This document shows positions 1-11,916 of a DNA stretch of 64,000 nt, one piece after another. The first letter of the stretch is position 1. Every line of letters starts with the position of its first letter. Origin of the DNA: the human T2T-CHM13v2.0 reference genome, Homo sapiens. The stretch spans positions 2,176,001-2,240,000 of the forward strand of contig CP068257.2 in assembly GCA_009914755.4 (NCBI GenBank), written 5' to 3'. A program made the translations under genes and the position numbers. The notes under the pieces are model-generated. The model worked only from the letters and a program-made list of their open reading frames with translations. It was not told the origin of the DNA and did no database searches.

Positions 1-421
1 CCTTATAACCTCTACAATCCAATTCATAACAGCATAAAAAGGAAACAAAACCTTACATAATTTTGAATTTTAAAAAGTACCTTGTTTATATGGCTCCTTT
101 AGCTAATGAATAGTCAATTTGGTAAATATTCCAGTGAGTTGAAGGTTTGAATCTATCTCACTTAACTAGCTTGATGAATGTATTTCTAAACCTATACAAC
201 CCACTCCTCTGCTTTTAAAAAATTAAAGTTAGCTGTAGATTGAGATGTCAGTGACACAGTTTATAGAACATAACTTAGATTGTCATCTACATTACTGTAA
301 CTACAAATACCACCTTCAGATGGAAGAATAAGTTTTATCAGTGAACATCTCTAATTGAACTATAAATGGTGTATGTCTTCTGGTTTTTACAAGCTCTTGG
401 TCTAACACAGGGGATATATGA

Positions 422-836
<415 letters not shown>

Positions 837-3800
837 TTATTCTAAGCCCACTGATGTAAAGGAATAGAAAGAAAAGGTTTGTTGGAAAACCTAATAACCT
901 GCTTTCTGTCTTTTGTTTTTTAAAAGCTTGAGCATTTGGGAGAATTTGGAAAGATTGTGGAGTAAGTGCAAAGAAGGAATTTGTTAACAAAAATCATATA
1001 GGGTAAAATGAGTTTTTTCCAGGTTAGAAAATATCCACTCCCTACCCTCCTACATTCCTTTCCCATGGTTAAGAAGAGGAAAAAACAAAGGCTTCTTGGT
1101 GAGCAGTGGTGACTTAGGCAGTTTCTTAGAAATATTCTAGAAGGCATAGTCATCTTTTAAAAAAAAAATAGCTACAAGGATATGTCTAAGCAGAAGGGTC
1201 CATGGGCCAAATTACGTGTAGATTTTTGCATTCCAAATATGGTAAAGAAGAAGCAGGAAGCTGGGGCTCCTTAACAGGTCACACAGAAATGGACAAGGAA
1301 GAGGCCAGCAGCAGCTTGTGGGGACAAGATGTCAAGCCCCAAATGTTAAACCCACCAACCATCCTCCAAATTCTGGCTCTGTTTAACAAGGCTGTGGTCT
1401 GACACTACATGCCGCCTCAGTGACTAAAGCATAATTTCCCGTCTCCTGGGAGTGTTGACAGCTGACTCCTGGCAACAATACTCACAGCACAGTAAAGTTC
1501 CTTCATCCAAGTTCATGTCCCTTCTCAAGGCATCCCACATCCGAGAACTGCTTGGTACAGAAATATAATGGCCTGGTTTTCTTGCTCCAATTCGAGGTCA
1601 TTAGGTAAACTCACCAAGATCTTGTAGAGTGGACTGCGGCCATGATAGTGATTGCATTCCAGCCGACTTCCTGCTCCACCCAATCCTATTGCTTTCACTC
1701 TTCCACAGGTGTTGGGAATATCATTTCAACCTCCTTGCATGCAAATCTCCAACTCGGAGTCGGCTTCCTAGGACACCTGACTGGTGATATCTCTATCACT
1801 ATCACAGTACTTAGAGGGGAGCATCTTAAAATGATTGAAGGCTAACTGCCCTAACAGCACAGGCAGATGATGGCTTAAAATAGAATTTAAGTGGATTTAA
1901 AAAAACATGAAAAAAGTTGACATTGCACGCTCATATGAGCTTATGGATCAAACCATGTGTATGATTTCTAAGATCCCTCGTGCAGTATATATTTGCACTG
2001 TTTATAAATGACATCCCCTTGAATTGAATTCAGTGCAATTCAAAACAGTAATTTGTGGGAAAAATTAGATATGCAGATAGCCTGGACTCTAGAGAAGCAC
2101 ACATCATTTGGAGAATAATAGTGAACCGGCTAGTCTATGAGGGAAGAAAACAGAGTGAATATAGACTATTAGTGAACAAGGATATTTTCCCATGTATATT
2201 CAAATTAAGGTGAACTTCTTTAGAGAATTGTGCCTTAGAAAGAAAAAGTATTTCCCTATATTTGAGTCCTCACAAGTTTTCCTACGATGAGTGCTTTTGT
2301 GATTATTTTGAATAACAAAGTAATATTTAAAGAAACTCTCTTGCCCTGAATGTACTTTAATTTATGTCAATTGATGTTGCATATAGAGATCATCAGAGTC
2401 AAGCTACAAGAAAAAGAGGAACATAACTTAGCAAAGACTTAGAGGATTAGTCCTAATAGTGTGAAATCAAAATTTCAAGTGAGGGAATAAATGCAGCTTT
2501 TAATGATTACTTAAATGAAGTTTAACTCTAGCAGGATCTACAAGAAATTGGCAACCTTTGGCTTCAGTAACAGAAACTCAGGATATATGCCCTTCAGTGA
2601 GTTTGCATTCTGCATCATATTGAGAGACACTCCTTTAAACAGCAATAAGAAACTTCCTGTGACAACATAATAAATTCAAAAAGTTCTGTAACTCAGACAA
2701 TTTAGATAGAAGTGATAACTTTGGCCTATAAAGCCCTGTTCACCCTAAAGATGGATTAAACAATGAAAAAGATATTGATATCAAAAGTTCAATCAGTAAT
2801 TTGATTAAAGCATTTCATTAAATGTGATAATTTCTTAGTATATTATCTTACATATGCAATATTCATGTGTAACAAATTATATACAAGTAAACATTTGACC
2901 ATATTATCTGCAGCATAATTTACATATCAATTTACATATTCAGTTTTGCTCACATGAAAACTTGGATCTTCTCAATAAGAAAATTTGTGAAATCTTTAAT
3001 TCCTCATCCCCAGGAATGTAAATAAATAAATATAAATACTGTAAGTCAGTGATTTTTTCCTAGGAAGACAGTAAAAATACTTTACACGCCTTCTCATTGT
3101 AAACCTAAATAACAAACAGAGAAAGGCTCTCTAAAGGAAAAAGACACATCTTAGGGAGGAGGGCACTGCGATGGGAATATGCATGACAAAGCAAACTATA
3201 TAGATTCAAATGGTAAAGGAAGACAAGGTCTTTAAAAGAAAAATGATCAACCTGGAAGTATGGGGGAGTAGAAAAAAATAAATAAGGGAAAATGAAGAGG
3301 CTTCTATAATTGTTTTGATATAGTTACCTTTGACTATAAAGATCAACAACAAGGTCAATATCAGTTGAAGTTTGGGCAGGCGGTTGCTGGATAGATGTCC
3401 TCACAGAAGTGTATTTTGTGTAAGGTTGCTATGGCCTTTGTGCAAGGTTGTGGTTTTTGTGGTATTTTGTAATAGTTTTTATCAGGCCTAGAAGCATGAG
3501 AACCCTCTCTTCAAGGCCTTCTCTGAATCTATTTGTTCAGGTTTCTTCTTCTCTTTTTAAACATTAGTGACAGTTTTGATTCTGATAACTTTCATATCAT
3601 GATCCCTAATTTCAAAAAAAATTAAACGTGTAACTTATTTATGATGTATTTGATAGGCTTGGATTTGTGAATCACCTCTACTATCTATAGTGGTAGATAT
3701 ATCTGAGCCTGCTTACACAGCACTTCCATCAGATTCTCTCTTCAGTGGAATTGGAAGAGGGGGTTTGGGAGAAGGGAATGAAGGAATTGTGCTGCATCAG

Positions 3801-3844
3801 AGGTCCCCACCTAACAGCACAGGGCCTTTTTCTGTGCTCTTGCC

Positions 3845-3905
3845 AGGCCGTTGTATTGGCTGATGCAAAAGTAATTTTGGTTTTGTCATTGAAAGTAATG
3901 AGACC
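3845..3905. mobile_element. possible mariner/MADE1-like (Hsmar-type) terminal inverted repeat fragment
   Basis: TGATGCAAAAGTAATTTTGGTTTTGTCATTGAAAGTAATG resembles Hsmar1/MADE1 ITR TGGTGCAAAAGTAATTGCGGTTTTTGCCATTAAAAGTAATGGC; recalled from memory, not aligned. Confidence 0.3.
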
Positions 3906-4299
3906 ATCTGACTTACAATGTCTGTGCCATAACCAGCTCCTAATAGCCTCCGAGGACAGCTTTGCCCTGACATATACTGTCCTGGGACCACGTCTGCTTT
4001 GTAACTCCTGAGGTAGCTGCCACCATGACCAATGCCTTCTCATCTTTACTCTACATGCAGGTAACAGTTATAATTATATCTCTGTGTATTCACAGAACAT
4101 TTAGTACATCTGGGACTTCTACAAAATTTCCCTAGCTGATTTTGGTGTTCTGGGGTACTGGCAGCTCTAGCCATGAAGGGATGATGCTTTATCAGCATTT
4201 CTGTTGAGTTTTTTGCTTTTTCTCAAAAACTGATTCCACTTTTCCCACATACGTTTGACAATTCATTTGAACTCATTTATTCTAAACCCATTATTTCTG

Positions 4300-4470
4300 G
4301 TCTATTATTTAATAGGAAGGGAGGCGAGGGATAAAAGATTACAAATAGGGTGCAGTGTACACTGCTCGGGTGATGGGTGCACCCAAATCTCACAAATCTC
4401 CAGTAAAGAACTTACCCATGGAACCAAATACCACCGTACCCCAATAACCTATGGAAAAAAATAAAAAATA
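4300..4470 (+). mobile_element. short L1 3'-terminal fragment
   Basis: GGGTGCAGTGTACACTGC...GATGGGTGCACCC...ACCTATGG followed by AAAAAAATAAAAAATAAAG, resembling L1 3'UTR terminus. Confidence 0.4.
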
Positions 4471-4929
4471 AAGTAAAAAAGAGTCAGAAAGAAAGAAAAT
4501 AATCACTGTACTTCCCAAGACACTTAGAAATGGTGACTAGCATTATTTGTAAGTGTCACCTAATAATATTATTATTTTTTCTTTATGCTACAAACTAGCT
4601 CTGCTATTACAATCACTACTATTTGAAGTGTTACTAAATTAAATTAAATCTATTGTATCCTTCTGGACTCAGAAATGGGAGTAAATGCTAAGACAATTTC
4701 AGAATATGATCACATATTAAAAGCATATTATATGGGGAAAATTTGATTTTTAAAAAATAGAAATTGGTAGAGAAACAATTTTTGGGTCTTTAATTTACGC
4801 ACATTTTGCAAGTATGGACGCTGAATTTATTGTTCCAAATGATTGTTTTCAAGCATGTTTGTATAGAAAACAGCCTTGGAATAGAAAACCAGTACCTCCT
4901 TCTGGAACAAAGGAAAAGTTTATTTACTG

Positions 4930-5875
4930 TCTAGTATAATGCAGATAATTTCTCCCTCTTGGGAAGCATACAGCCAAGTGAACTTCCAATAACACAAGTT
5001 GGGGTTTCTTGAGCTTGGGTTTTTCTTCCACAGTGTAATGTGCAGGTGCCACTTGGCTCTCTTTGTGTTATCCTGCGAAAGCTGATGGCTATAGGTGCAT
5101 GTGTTTATTTTGGGGTTCTCTATTATGTTTCATTGGTCTTTGTGTCTGTTTTCATATCAGTACCATGTTATTTTGTCTACTGTGGCCTTAGGGTATAGTA
5201 TGAAGTCAAGTAATGTGATGTCTCCAGCTTTGTTCTTCTTGCTTAGATTTCCTTTGGTTGTCTGGGCTCTTTAAAAATCCATATGAAATTTAGAATATTT
5301 TTTTTTCTGATTCTGTGAAAAACGACATTGGTTGTTTCATAGGAATAGTGTTGAATGTGTAGATTGCTTTTGGCAGTATAGCCATTTTAACAATATTGAT
5401 CTTTCTAATCCATGAGCATGGAATGGTTTTCCATTTGTTTCGAGATCTATGATTTCTTTCTGCAGTGTTTTGTAGTTCTCCTTTTAGATATCCTTTACCT
5501 CCTTGGTTAGACATATTCTTCCTTTATTTTATTTTATTTTGGGGGTTGCTGTTGTAAACAGGATTGCACTCTTGATTTACCTTTCAGTTTAAACATTTTT
5601 GGTGAACAGAAATGCTACTTCTTTTTATATGTTGTTTTTTTTTATCCTGAAAGTTTGCTGAAGTTTTTTTTATCAGTTCTAGGAGCCTTTTGGCACAGTC
5701 TTTAGGGATTTCTAGGTGTAGAATCATATCATCAGTGAAGAGAGATAATTTGACTTCATTTCCTATTTGGATGCTTTTTATTGCTTTCTCTTGCCTGCTT
5801 GCTCTGGGTAGGACTTGTTAAACAGGAGTGGGGAGAACAGGCATCCCTATTTTATTCCTGTTCATAAGGGGAATG
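4930..5875 (-). mobile_element. L1 ORF2 fragment (older L1P/L1M), antisense to window
   Basis: minus-strand ORF 5290-5514 reads ...[35 protein letters not shown]..., a conserved L1 ORF2 segment; flanks match L1 RT region in antisense. Confidence 0.85.
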
Positions 5876-5879
5876 TGTT

Positions 5880-6166
5880 GGGAGAAAAGCTGAGTGTTGG
5901 AAGAGAAGCTGAGGCAGGGCCATATGTTTCTCATTCACTTGATACACCATTTCCTTTCAACCCCCACATCCTCACCACCTGTTTCTTTGTTTGAGCACCA
6001 ACAAATAGCGTGGGCTCCCAGAGCTTGGGGACTTTGCAGACTCCATACTCGTGATGGTCTCCTGGTCCCACTTTCTCTCTCAAACTGTCTTTTTCTCATT
6101 CCTTTGACTCTGCCGGACTTCATCACCCCCATGACCTAGTGTTGGGTCTGATCACCCCAACATTCC
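5880..6166 (+). mobile_element. partial 5' LTR (3' portion, U5 end) of HERV-K-like unit A
   Basis: ends ...CCCCAACATTCC directly before the PBS; 5' side truncated where the antisense L1 fragment ends at 5875. Confidence 0.6.
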
Positions 6167-6184
6167 TGGCGCCCAACATGGGGT
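6167..6184 (+). other. retroviral primer-binding site complementary to the tRNA-Lys 3' end
   Basis: TGGCGCCCAACATGGGGT versus canonical Lys1,2 PBS TGGCGCCCAACGTGGGGC (16/18). Confidence 0.75.
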
Positions 6185-6264
6185 GACAAAGACCCGGTGA
6201 AGGAAGGCTAGAGCATATGAAAGCAGAGGACACATCATCAAAAGACACCCGAGGACATACAAAG

Positions 6265-7917
6265 ATGGGGAGTGAAAGTTAGTACTTAGAATTTGTTATT
6301 ACTCTTTAGTACAGTAAAGCAGTTTTGCCCATGGTTTCCAGAACAAAGGACTATGAAGTTGGATGAATGGGAGAGAATTGGAAGAGATTTTTAATAGGCA
6401 TATAAAGATGGAGCAGAAATTCCAGTTTATATATGGTCAGTGTGGGCACTAATAAAGGCAGCCCTTGAGCCATTTCAAACAGATGATGAGGCAGATTCAG
6501 ATGAGGAAGAGGAGGATGAGTGTAAAAAACTAACTTCAAATTCTGAGTGTGAGGAGCAGCTACCGGAGGAGATTAAAGAAAAGAAAGAAAAACTTTAAAA
6601 AGTATGTTTTACTAGCCCGTTGGCTCCACCTGCTGAATTAAGTGAATGGCCACCTCCTCTCTCTCCCCTAAATGGGTGAGAAAATAAATTAGCTGAAAAA
6701 CTTACTGCTCCTGTAGTTACAACATTAAAACCTGGAGCAGTTGGTGGTGCTAGACAAAATTCTATTCAAAAAGCTAAAGCCAAGGGAGACCTTGAAGCAT
6801 GGCAATTTCCCGTTACTATAATCCAGCAAGTAGGACAGAATATAGCTAATTAGCCTGCTTTTTCTTCTAAGTTACTAAAGAATTTAAGCAAGCCATTAGT
6901 CAATATGGACTGAACTGTCTTTTTGTAAAATCTTTATTAAAAAATATGGCTCTTGATAATACATTACTACCATATAATTAGGATACTTTGACAAAACCTG
7001 TTTTCACTCCATCTCAGTACTTGCAGTTTAAAACTCTACAAGATCTTGGTGAGTTTACCTAATGACCTCGAATTGGAGCAAGAAAACCAGGCCTCTGTAA
7101 TGGCCTCTGTAATATTATGCTCAAACTCAGGCAAAAGAAAACACACACGTGCAGCCACCTGTGCCTGTTTTCTTTGATCAGTTAATATGAGTTGGCCCTA
7201 ACTGGGTTTGATTAGAGAATCAAGCAGTAATGGAAGATGTTGCCATTGTTCAGCTGTGCTTCATGTGCTTACAGGCATAGAAAAGGATAAATGTTACAGG
7301 GGAAAAGTATCCTTATTTCAGTTCTGTCTGACAAGAACCTAAAGAACCATATATTAATTTTATTGCTCAGCTCCAAGAGGCTGTGTATAAAGCCGTAAAT
7401 GATCAAAACAGCTCAGGATGTTGTAATACAGCTTCTTGCATACAATAATGCTAATGCAGAGTGTCAAACTGCTATTAGATCCCTGAGAGAGAGGGCTCAT
7501 TTAACTAAATATATTAAGGCTTGCGATGGCATTGGAGGTAATTTACATAAGGCCATTCTTTTAGCTCAGGCTATGGCTAGATTAAGAGTAAGAAAAAATA
7601 TGCTTCATTTCTCAGGCTCTTGCCTTAATTGTGGGCAAATTGGACACAAGAAAGGAATGCAGAAAGGAATTCAAAAGATGAAAACTACTACCATCAATCA
7701 ACAGAAAAGTCCCAGTGTATGTCCCTGGTGTAAGAAAGGCAATCACTAGGCAAGTCCGTGTCATTCTAAATTTAGCAAAGATGGACAACCTCTTTCAGGA
7801 AATAGGAAGAGGGACCTGCCTCGAGCCCCACAACAAACCGAGGCATACCCAGCACAGCCACTGCCCTTACAAATGTACAACAATTGTCCCCCGCCTCAGC
7901 AAGCAGTGCTGCTGTAG
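6265..7917 (+). pseudogene. gag: HERV-K (HML-2-like) gag, degraded by frameshifts, stops and a foreign insert
   Basis: translations match HML-2 Gag: ...QFCPWFPEQG..., VWALIKAALEPFQTDDE..., PSQYLQFKT..., and the CA/NC ORF 7399-7749 (...LLAYNNANAECQTAIRSL...YIKACDGIGG...CLNCGQIGHKKG...CPWCKKGNH) with a CX2CX4HX4C zinc knuckle; ends ...NNCPPPQQAVLL*. Confidence 0.85.
7033..7325. other. ~290 bp non-gag block inside gag A, between ...YLQFKT and the capsid C-terminal region
   Basis: reading frame lost; no homology to HML-2 Gag; first 62 bp are a perfect reverse complement of 1569-1630. Confidence 0.6.
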
Positions 7918-8015
7918 ACCTCTACAGAACAATTCCCATCTCCTTACTTCCTGGGGAGCCACCAAAGGAGGTCCCCACAGGAGTTACGGCACCCTTACCC
8001 TGAGGAACTGTTGGG
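7918..8015 (+). pseudogene. pro: start of pro (dUTPase region) of unit A, truncated
   Basis: ...LLPGEPPKEVPTGVTAPLP*GTVG... parallels HERV-K Pro/dUTPase LLPGEPPQKIPTGVYGPLPEGTVG; homology stops near 8015. Confidence 0.65.
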
Positions 8016-8019
8016 AACA

Positions 8020-8521
8020 AGCCCCCTCATATCCGGCCTTAAACTGGCCCCAAAACTGGTCATAAACAAAATCTCTGCAGTACTGTGACATGTTCATGAT
8101 GGCCGTAACACCCACGCTGGAAGATTGTGTGTTTATCGGAATGAGGACAAGGAATACCTGGCCCGTCCAGGGTGGAAAACCACTTAAAGGCATTCTTAAG
8201 CCACAAACAATAGCATGAGTGATCTGTGCCTTAAGAACATGCTTCTGCTGCGGTTAACTAGCCCAACCTATTCCTTTAATTCAGCGCATCCCTTCGTTTC
8301 CCATAAGGGATAATTTTAGTTAATCTAATATCTATAGAAACAATGCTAATGACTGGCTTGCTGTTAATAAACACGTGGGTAAAACTCTGTTCAGGACTCT
8401 CAGCTCTGAAGGATGTGAGACCCCTGATTTCCCACTTCACACCTCTATATTTCAGTGTGTATGTCTTTAATTCCTCTAGCGCTGCTGGATTAGGGTCTCC
8501 CCGACCGACCTGGTCTCAGCA
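8020..8521 (+). mobile_element. LTR of unit B (divergent HERV-K-superfamily element)
   Basis: non-coding block with a TG...CA-like boundary, AATAAA at ~8375, ends ...TCTCAGCA just before a TGGTGCCC... PBS-like site and the gag leader; boundaries approximate. Confidence 0.5.
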
Positions 8522-8672
8522 AGTGGTGCCCATTCATGGGGGCTCGAATACAGGTCAAAGGATCGCTGGAGCAACGATTGGAGAATGTGGAAGTAGCTGG
8601 AGGACACCTGAGTACTCTTAAAGCAATCCCCGTGGTGAGTAAGAAGGGGAGCTCGGAAGCATCAGGGTAACA

Positions 8673-9960
8673 ATGGGACAAGTGTGGGCTGTGGTTCATT
8701 CTACCTTGGAACTTTTTCACACTGATGATGAGGAGGAAGGAGAGTATAACAAAGTAACAGTAGAGGTTACAGACCAGGTTTATTTGTCACCTAAAGCTAA
8801 AGCAGAAAAGGAGGGAGAGGTTCATCCCTACCCTTCTGCACCCCCTCATTATTATTTTGAAGAAAACGACCCACCAGATCTTTCTTTTCTGGAGGACACT
8901 GGGTGAAAAGTAGTTGCCCTGGTGACTGTTCGAGCAGCGCCTTGAGCGACTGCTCTTAGTTCTATTCAGGCAGGAATACAGCAAGCAAAACAAAAGTGGG
9001 ATTTAGAGGCTTGGCAGCTCCCTGTTAGAATACACCCCCCAGATCAACAGGGAAATATTATAGCTACATTTGAGCCTTTTCCTTTTAAATTACTCAAAAA
9101 ATTTAAACAAGCTATAAATCAGTATGGACCAGGTTCTCCTTTTGAAATGGGACCGTTAAAGAATGTTGCTGTTTCCAGTCGGATGATTCCTACTGACTGG
9201 GACACTATTACTCGAGCTTGTCAACTCCTGCTCACTTCTTACACTTTAAAACTTAGTGGGCAGATGAAGCTTCCATTCAGGCTGCTCACAATGCCTGGGC
9301 CCAACCTCAAATTAATATAACTGCAGACCAACTTTTAGGGGTTGGTTTCTGAGCTGGTTTACATGTACAAGTGGTCATGCAAGATGATGCCATAGAACAG
9401 CTTAGTGGAGTGTGCATTAGAGCTTGGAAAAAATCACTTCATGTGGAGAACAATACCATTCCTTTAGTGCTATAAAACAGGGACCAAGAGAACCATATGT
9501 GGATTTTATAGTTTGGTTACAGGAGTCTCTTAAAAAGATGATTGCAGATTTGGCTGCTTAGGATATAGTGTTGCAGTTATTAGCTTTTGACAATGCTAAT
9601 CCCTATTGCCAGGCTGTTCTGTGACCTATCAGAGGGAAAGCACATTTAGTTGATTATATCAACGGCTGTGATGATATCAGAGGTAATCTACATAAAGCTA
9701 CTTTGTTGGCACAGGCAATGGCAGGACTGAGAGTGGATAAAGGAAATACTCCATTTCCTGTAGCTTGTTTTAACTGTGGGAAACATGGTCATACTAAAAA
9801 GAATGTAGAAAAAAAATCAGCGAGTCAGGTCACCAGATAGAGGAAAAAAGAAAACTGCTGATCCTGAAATATTTCCAAAATGTAAAAAAGGAAAACTTTG
9901 GGCTAATCAGTGTCACTCTAAGTTTGATAAACAAGGGAACCCGATTTCGGGAAACTCCCT
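8673..9960 (+). pseudogene. gag: gag of unit B (betaretrovirus-like: MA, CA, NC with two zinc knuckles), disrupted
   Basis: starts MGQVWAVVHS... (myristoylation-type MGQ); LEAWQLPV motif; YGPGSPF...IPTDWD capsid-like; CFNCGKHGHTKKN and CPKCKKGKLWANQCH zinc knuckles; multiple stops and frameshifts. Confidence 0.75.
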
Positions 9961-10029
9961 GGGGGGCCCATCCCAGGCCCTGTTCTAAACCAGGGCATTT
10001 CTAGCTCAGGCCATTCCCTCACACCCGTA

Positions 10030-10720
10030 CATTATCTGTCCCCCACCATAGCCCATAGTGTCGCAGTAGACTTATGCTGCACAAAAACTGTGAGCCTTCT
10101 GCCTGGGGAACCCCCGCAAAAGGTTCCAACAGGAGTCTGTGGACCGTTGCCAGGAGGGACAATGGGATTACTTTTAGGAAGGTCTAGTTTAAGTTTAAAA
10201 GGGGTACAAATACACACTGGAGTCATTGATTCAGATTACAATGAGGAAATTCAAATTGTGATATCTACTTCTTTTCCCTGGAAAGCACAGCCAGGAGTGG
10301 GCATAGCACAGCTCCTGAGTGTGAAGTATGTGGGAATGGGAAAAAGTGAAATTAAATGAACTGGAGGATTTGGAAGCACAAATAAAAAAGGCAAGGCAGC
10401 TTATTGGGTAAATCAAATTACTGATAAACATCCTATCTGTGAAATAACTATCCAGGGAAAGAACTTTAAAGGTTTGGTAGATACAATTTTTTTTTTTTTT
10501 GGTAGGAGTGGACATTTCAATCATTTCTCTACAGCACTGGCTGTCCATGTGGCCAATTCAGCCCACTCAATTTAACACAGTGGAAACTGCTAAAGCCCCA
10601 GAAGTGTATCAAAGTAGCTATATTTTGCATTGTGAAGGGACCGATGGACAACCTGGGACTGTTCAACCAATTGCAACTTCTGTACCTATAAATTTATGGG
10701 GGAGAGATTTATTATGACAA
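10030..10720 (+). pseudogene. pro: pro of unit B: dUTPase domain plus aspartic protease remnant
   Basis: ORF 10090-10359 LLPGEPPQKVPTGVCGPLPGGTMGLLLGRSSLSLKGVQIHTGVIDSDYNEEIQIV (HERV-K dUTPase); downstream ...GVDISIISLQHW...PINLWGRDLL protease-like. Confidence 0.8.
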
Positions 10721-10869
10721 TGGGGAGCACAAGTTCTAATTCCATAGCAATTATACAGCCCTCAAAGTCAACATATGATGCACGAAATGGGGCATGTCCC
10801 TGGTATAGGAGTAGAAAAAAATTGCAAGGTTTGAAAGAACTGCTTCAAACGGAAAGACAAAGTTCCTGC

Positions 10870-11560
10870 CAAAGATTAGGATACCATTTTTGATGGTGGC
10901 CACTGTTAAGCCTCCAGAACCTATACCTTTAAAATGGTTAACAGATAAGCCAATTTGGATAGAATAATGGCTGCTAAGCAAAGAGAAACTGGATGCTTTA
11001 GAGAAATTAGTTACTGAACAATTAGAAAATGGGCACATAGCTCCAACATTTTCCCCTTGGAATTCTCCAGTGTTCATAATTAAGAAAAAATCAGGTAAAT
11101 GGAGAATGTTAACTGACTTAAGAGCCATCAATTCAGTTATACAACCTATGGAAACATAACAGCCAGGATTGCCTTCTCCTACTATAATTCCAAAAAATTG
11201 GCCTTTAATAGTCACAGATTTAAAAGACTGTTACTTTACTACCCTTTTAGCTGAGCAAGACTGTGAACGGTTTGCATTTACAATTCCTGCAGTAAACAAC
11301 CTGCAGCCTGCTAAGCGTTTTCGTTGTTTCACAGATGGGTCTAGTAATGGTAAAGCTTCTTATTCTGGATCAAAAGGTAAAGTTTTCCAGACACCCTATA
11401 CTTCAGCTCAAAAAGCGGAGCTTGTAGCTGTAATTGAGGTATTGACTGCTTTTGATATGCCTGTTAATGTGATTTCTGATTCTTCATACATGGTTCATTC
11501 CACACAGTTAATTGAAAATGCTCAGTTACGATTTCATACAGATGAACAACTGATAATAAA
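10870..11560 (+). pseudogene. pol: pol fragments of unit B: RT N-terminal region and RNase H, internally deleted
   Basis: ...[64 protein letters not shown]... (RT); ORF 11169-11675 ...[12 protein letters not shown]...[15 protein letters not shown]... (RNase H). Confidence 0.75.
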
Positions 11561-11599
11561 AACAAAAAAAGGGGGAGAAACAGGGATTACGGGTAGCCC

Positions 11600-11905
11600 A
11601 TACACAATTGAATCTATCATTATTAACTTTCAAATTTTTGAGCCTGCCCAAAGGCCAGATGTTACCAGCAGCTGAACAGCATCTACAGAAACTAGCTGCA
11701 AAGAGAGAAGCAGAACAACTGGTTTGGTGGAGAGATCCAATAACAAAAAGTTGGGAAATAGGTAAAATTATAACTTGGCATAGAGATTATGCTTGTGTTT
11801 CTCCAGGACCGAATCAACAACTGATTTAGATACCATCAAGACACCTGAAATTTTATCATGAGTCAGATGCTGAGGAAGAGATAAAAAGCACAATCATCAT
11901 TGAAA
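11600..11905 (+). pseudogene. pol: integrase C-terminus and start of env-overlap region, truncated by an Alu
   Basis: ORF 11608-11829 ...QLVWWRDPITKSWEIGKIITWHRDYACVSPGPNQ...IPSRHLKFYHES matches the HERV-K IN C-terminus (VWWKD...[22 protein letters not shown]...IPTRHLKFYNEP). Confidence 0.7.
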
Positions 11906-11916
11906 TTAGAGCTTCT

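Larger units (their letters stand above)
5880..11905 (+). mobile_element. composite HERV-K-superfamily (betaretrovirus-like class II ERV) proviral cluster: unit A (LTR-PBS-gag-pro start) followed by unit B (LTR-gag-pro-pol fragments); no env or 3' LTR
   Basis: gag, dUTPase-protease, RT, RNase H and integrase C-terminus are recognisable by translation; LTR-like blocks at 5880-6166 and 8020-8521; tRNA-Lys PBS at 6167-6184. Confidence 0.8.

Noticed and set aside
1642-1845. 67-aa plus-strand ORF next to the 62-bp inverted match
   Set aside because: No recognisable homology or motif from inspection. It is retained only as context for the splice-donor hypothesis.
3729-4043. Three mutually overlapping ORFs on both strands
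   Set aside because: The region is a moderately GC-rich mariner-like ITR fragment. Simultaneous openness on both strands argues against coding.
6167-6184. tRNA gene at the PBS
   Set aside because: Only the 18-nt complement of a tRNA 3' end is present (a retroviral PBS). There is no cloverleaf and no A/B box.
10751-11215. 154-aa minus-strand ORF antisense to HERV pol
   Set aside because: No recognisable motif. It overlaps the sense RT/RNase H remnants. It is most likely a chance antisense ORF.
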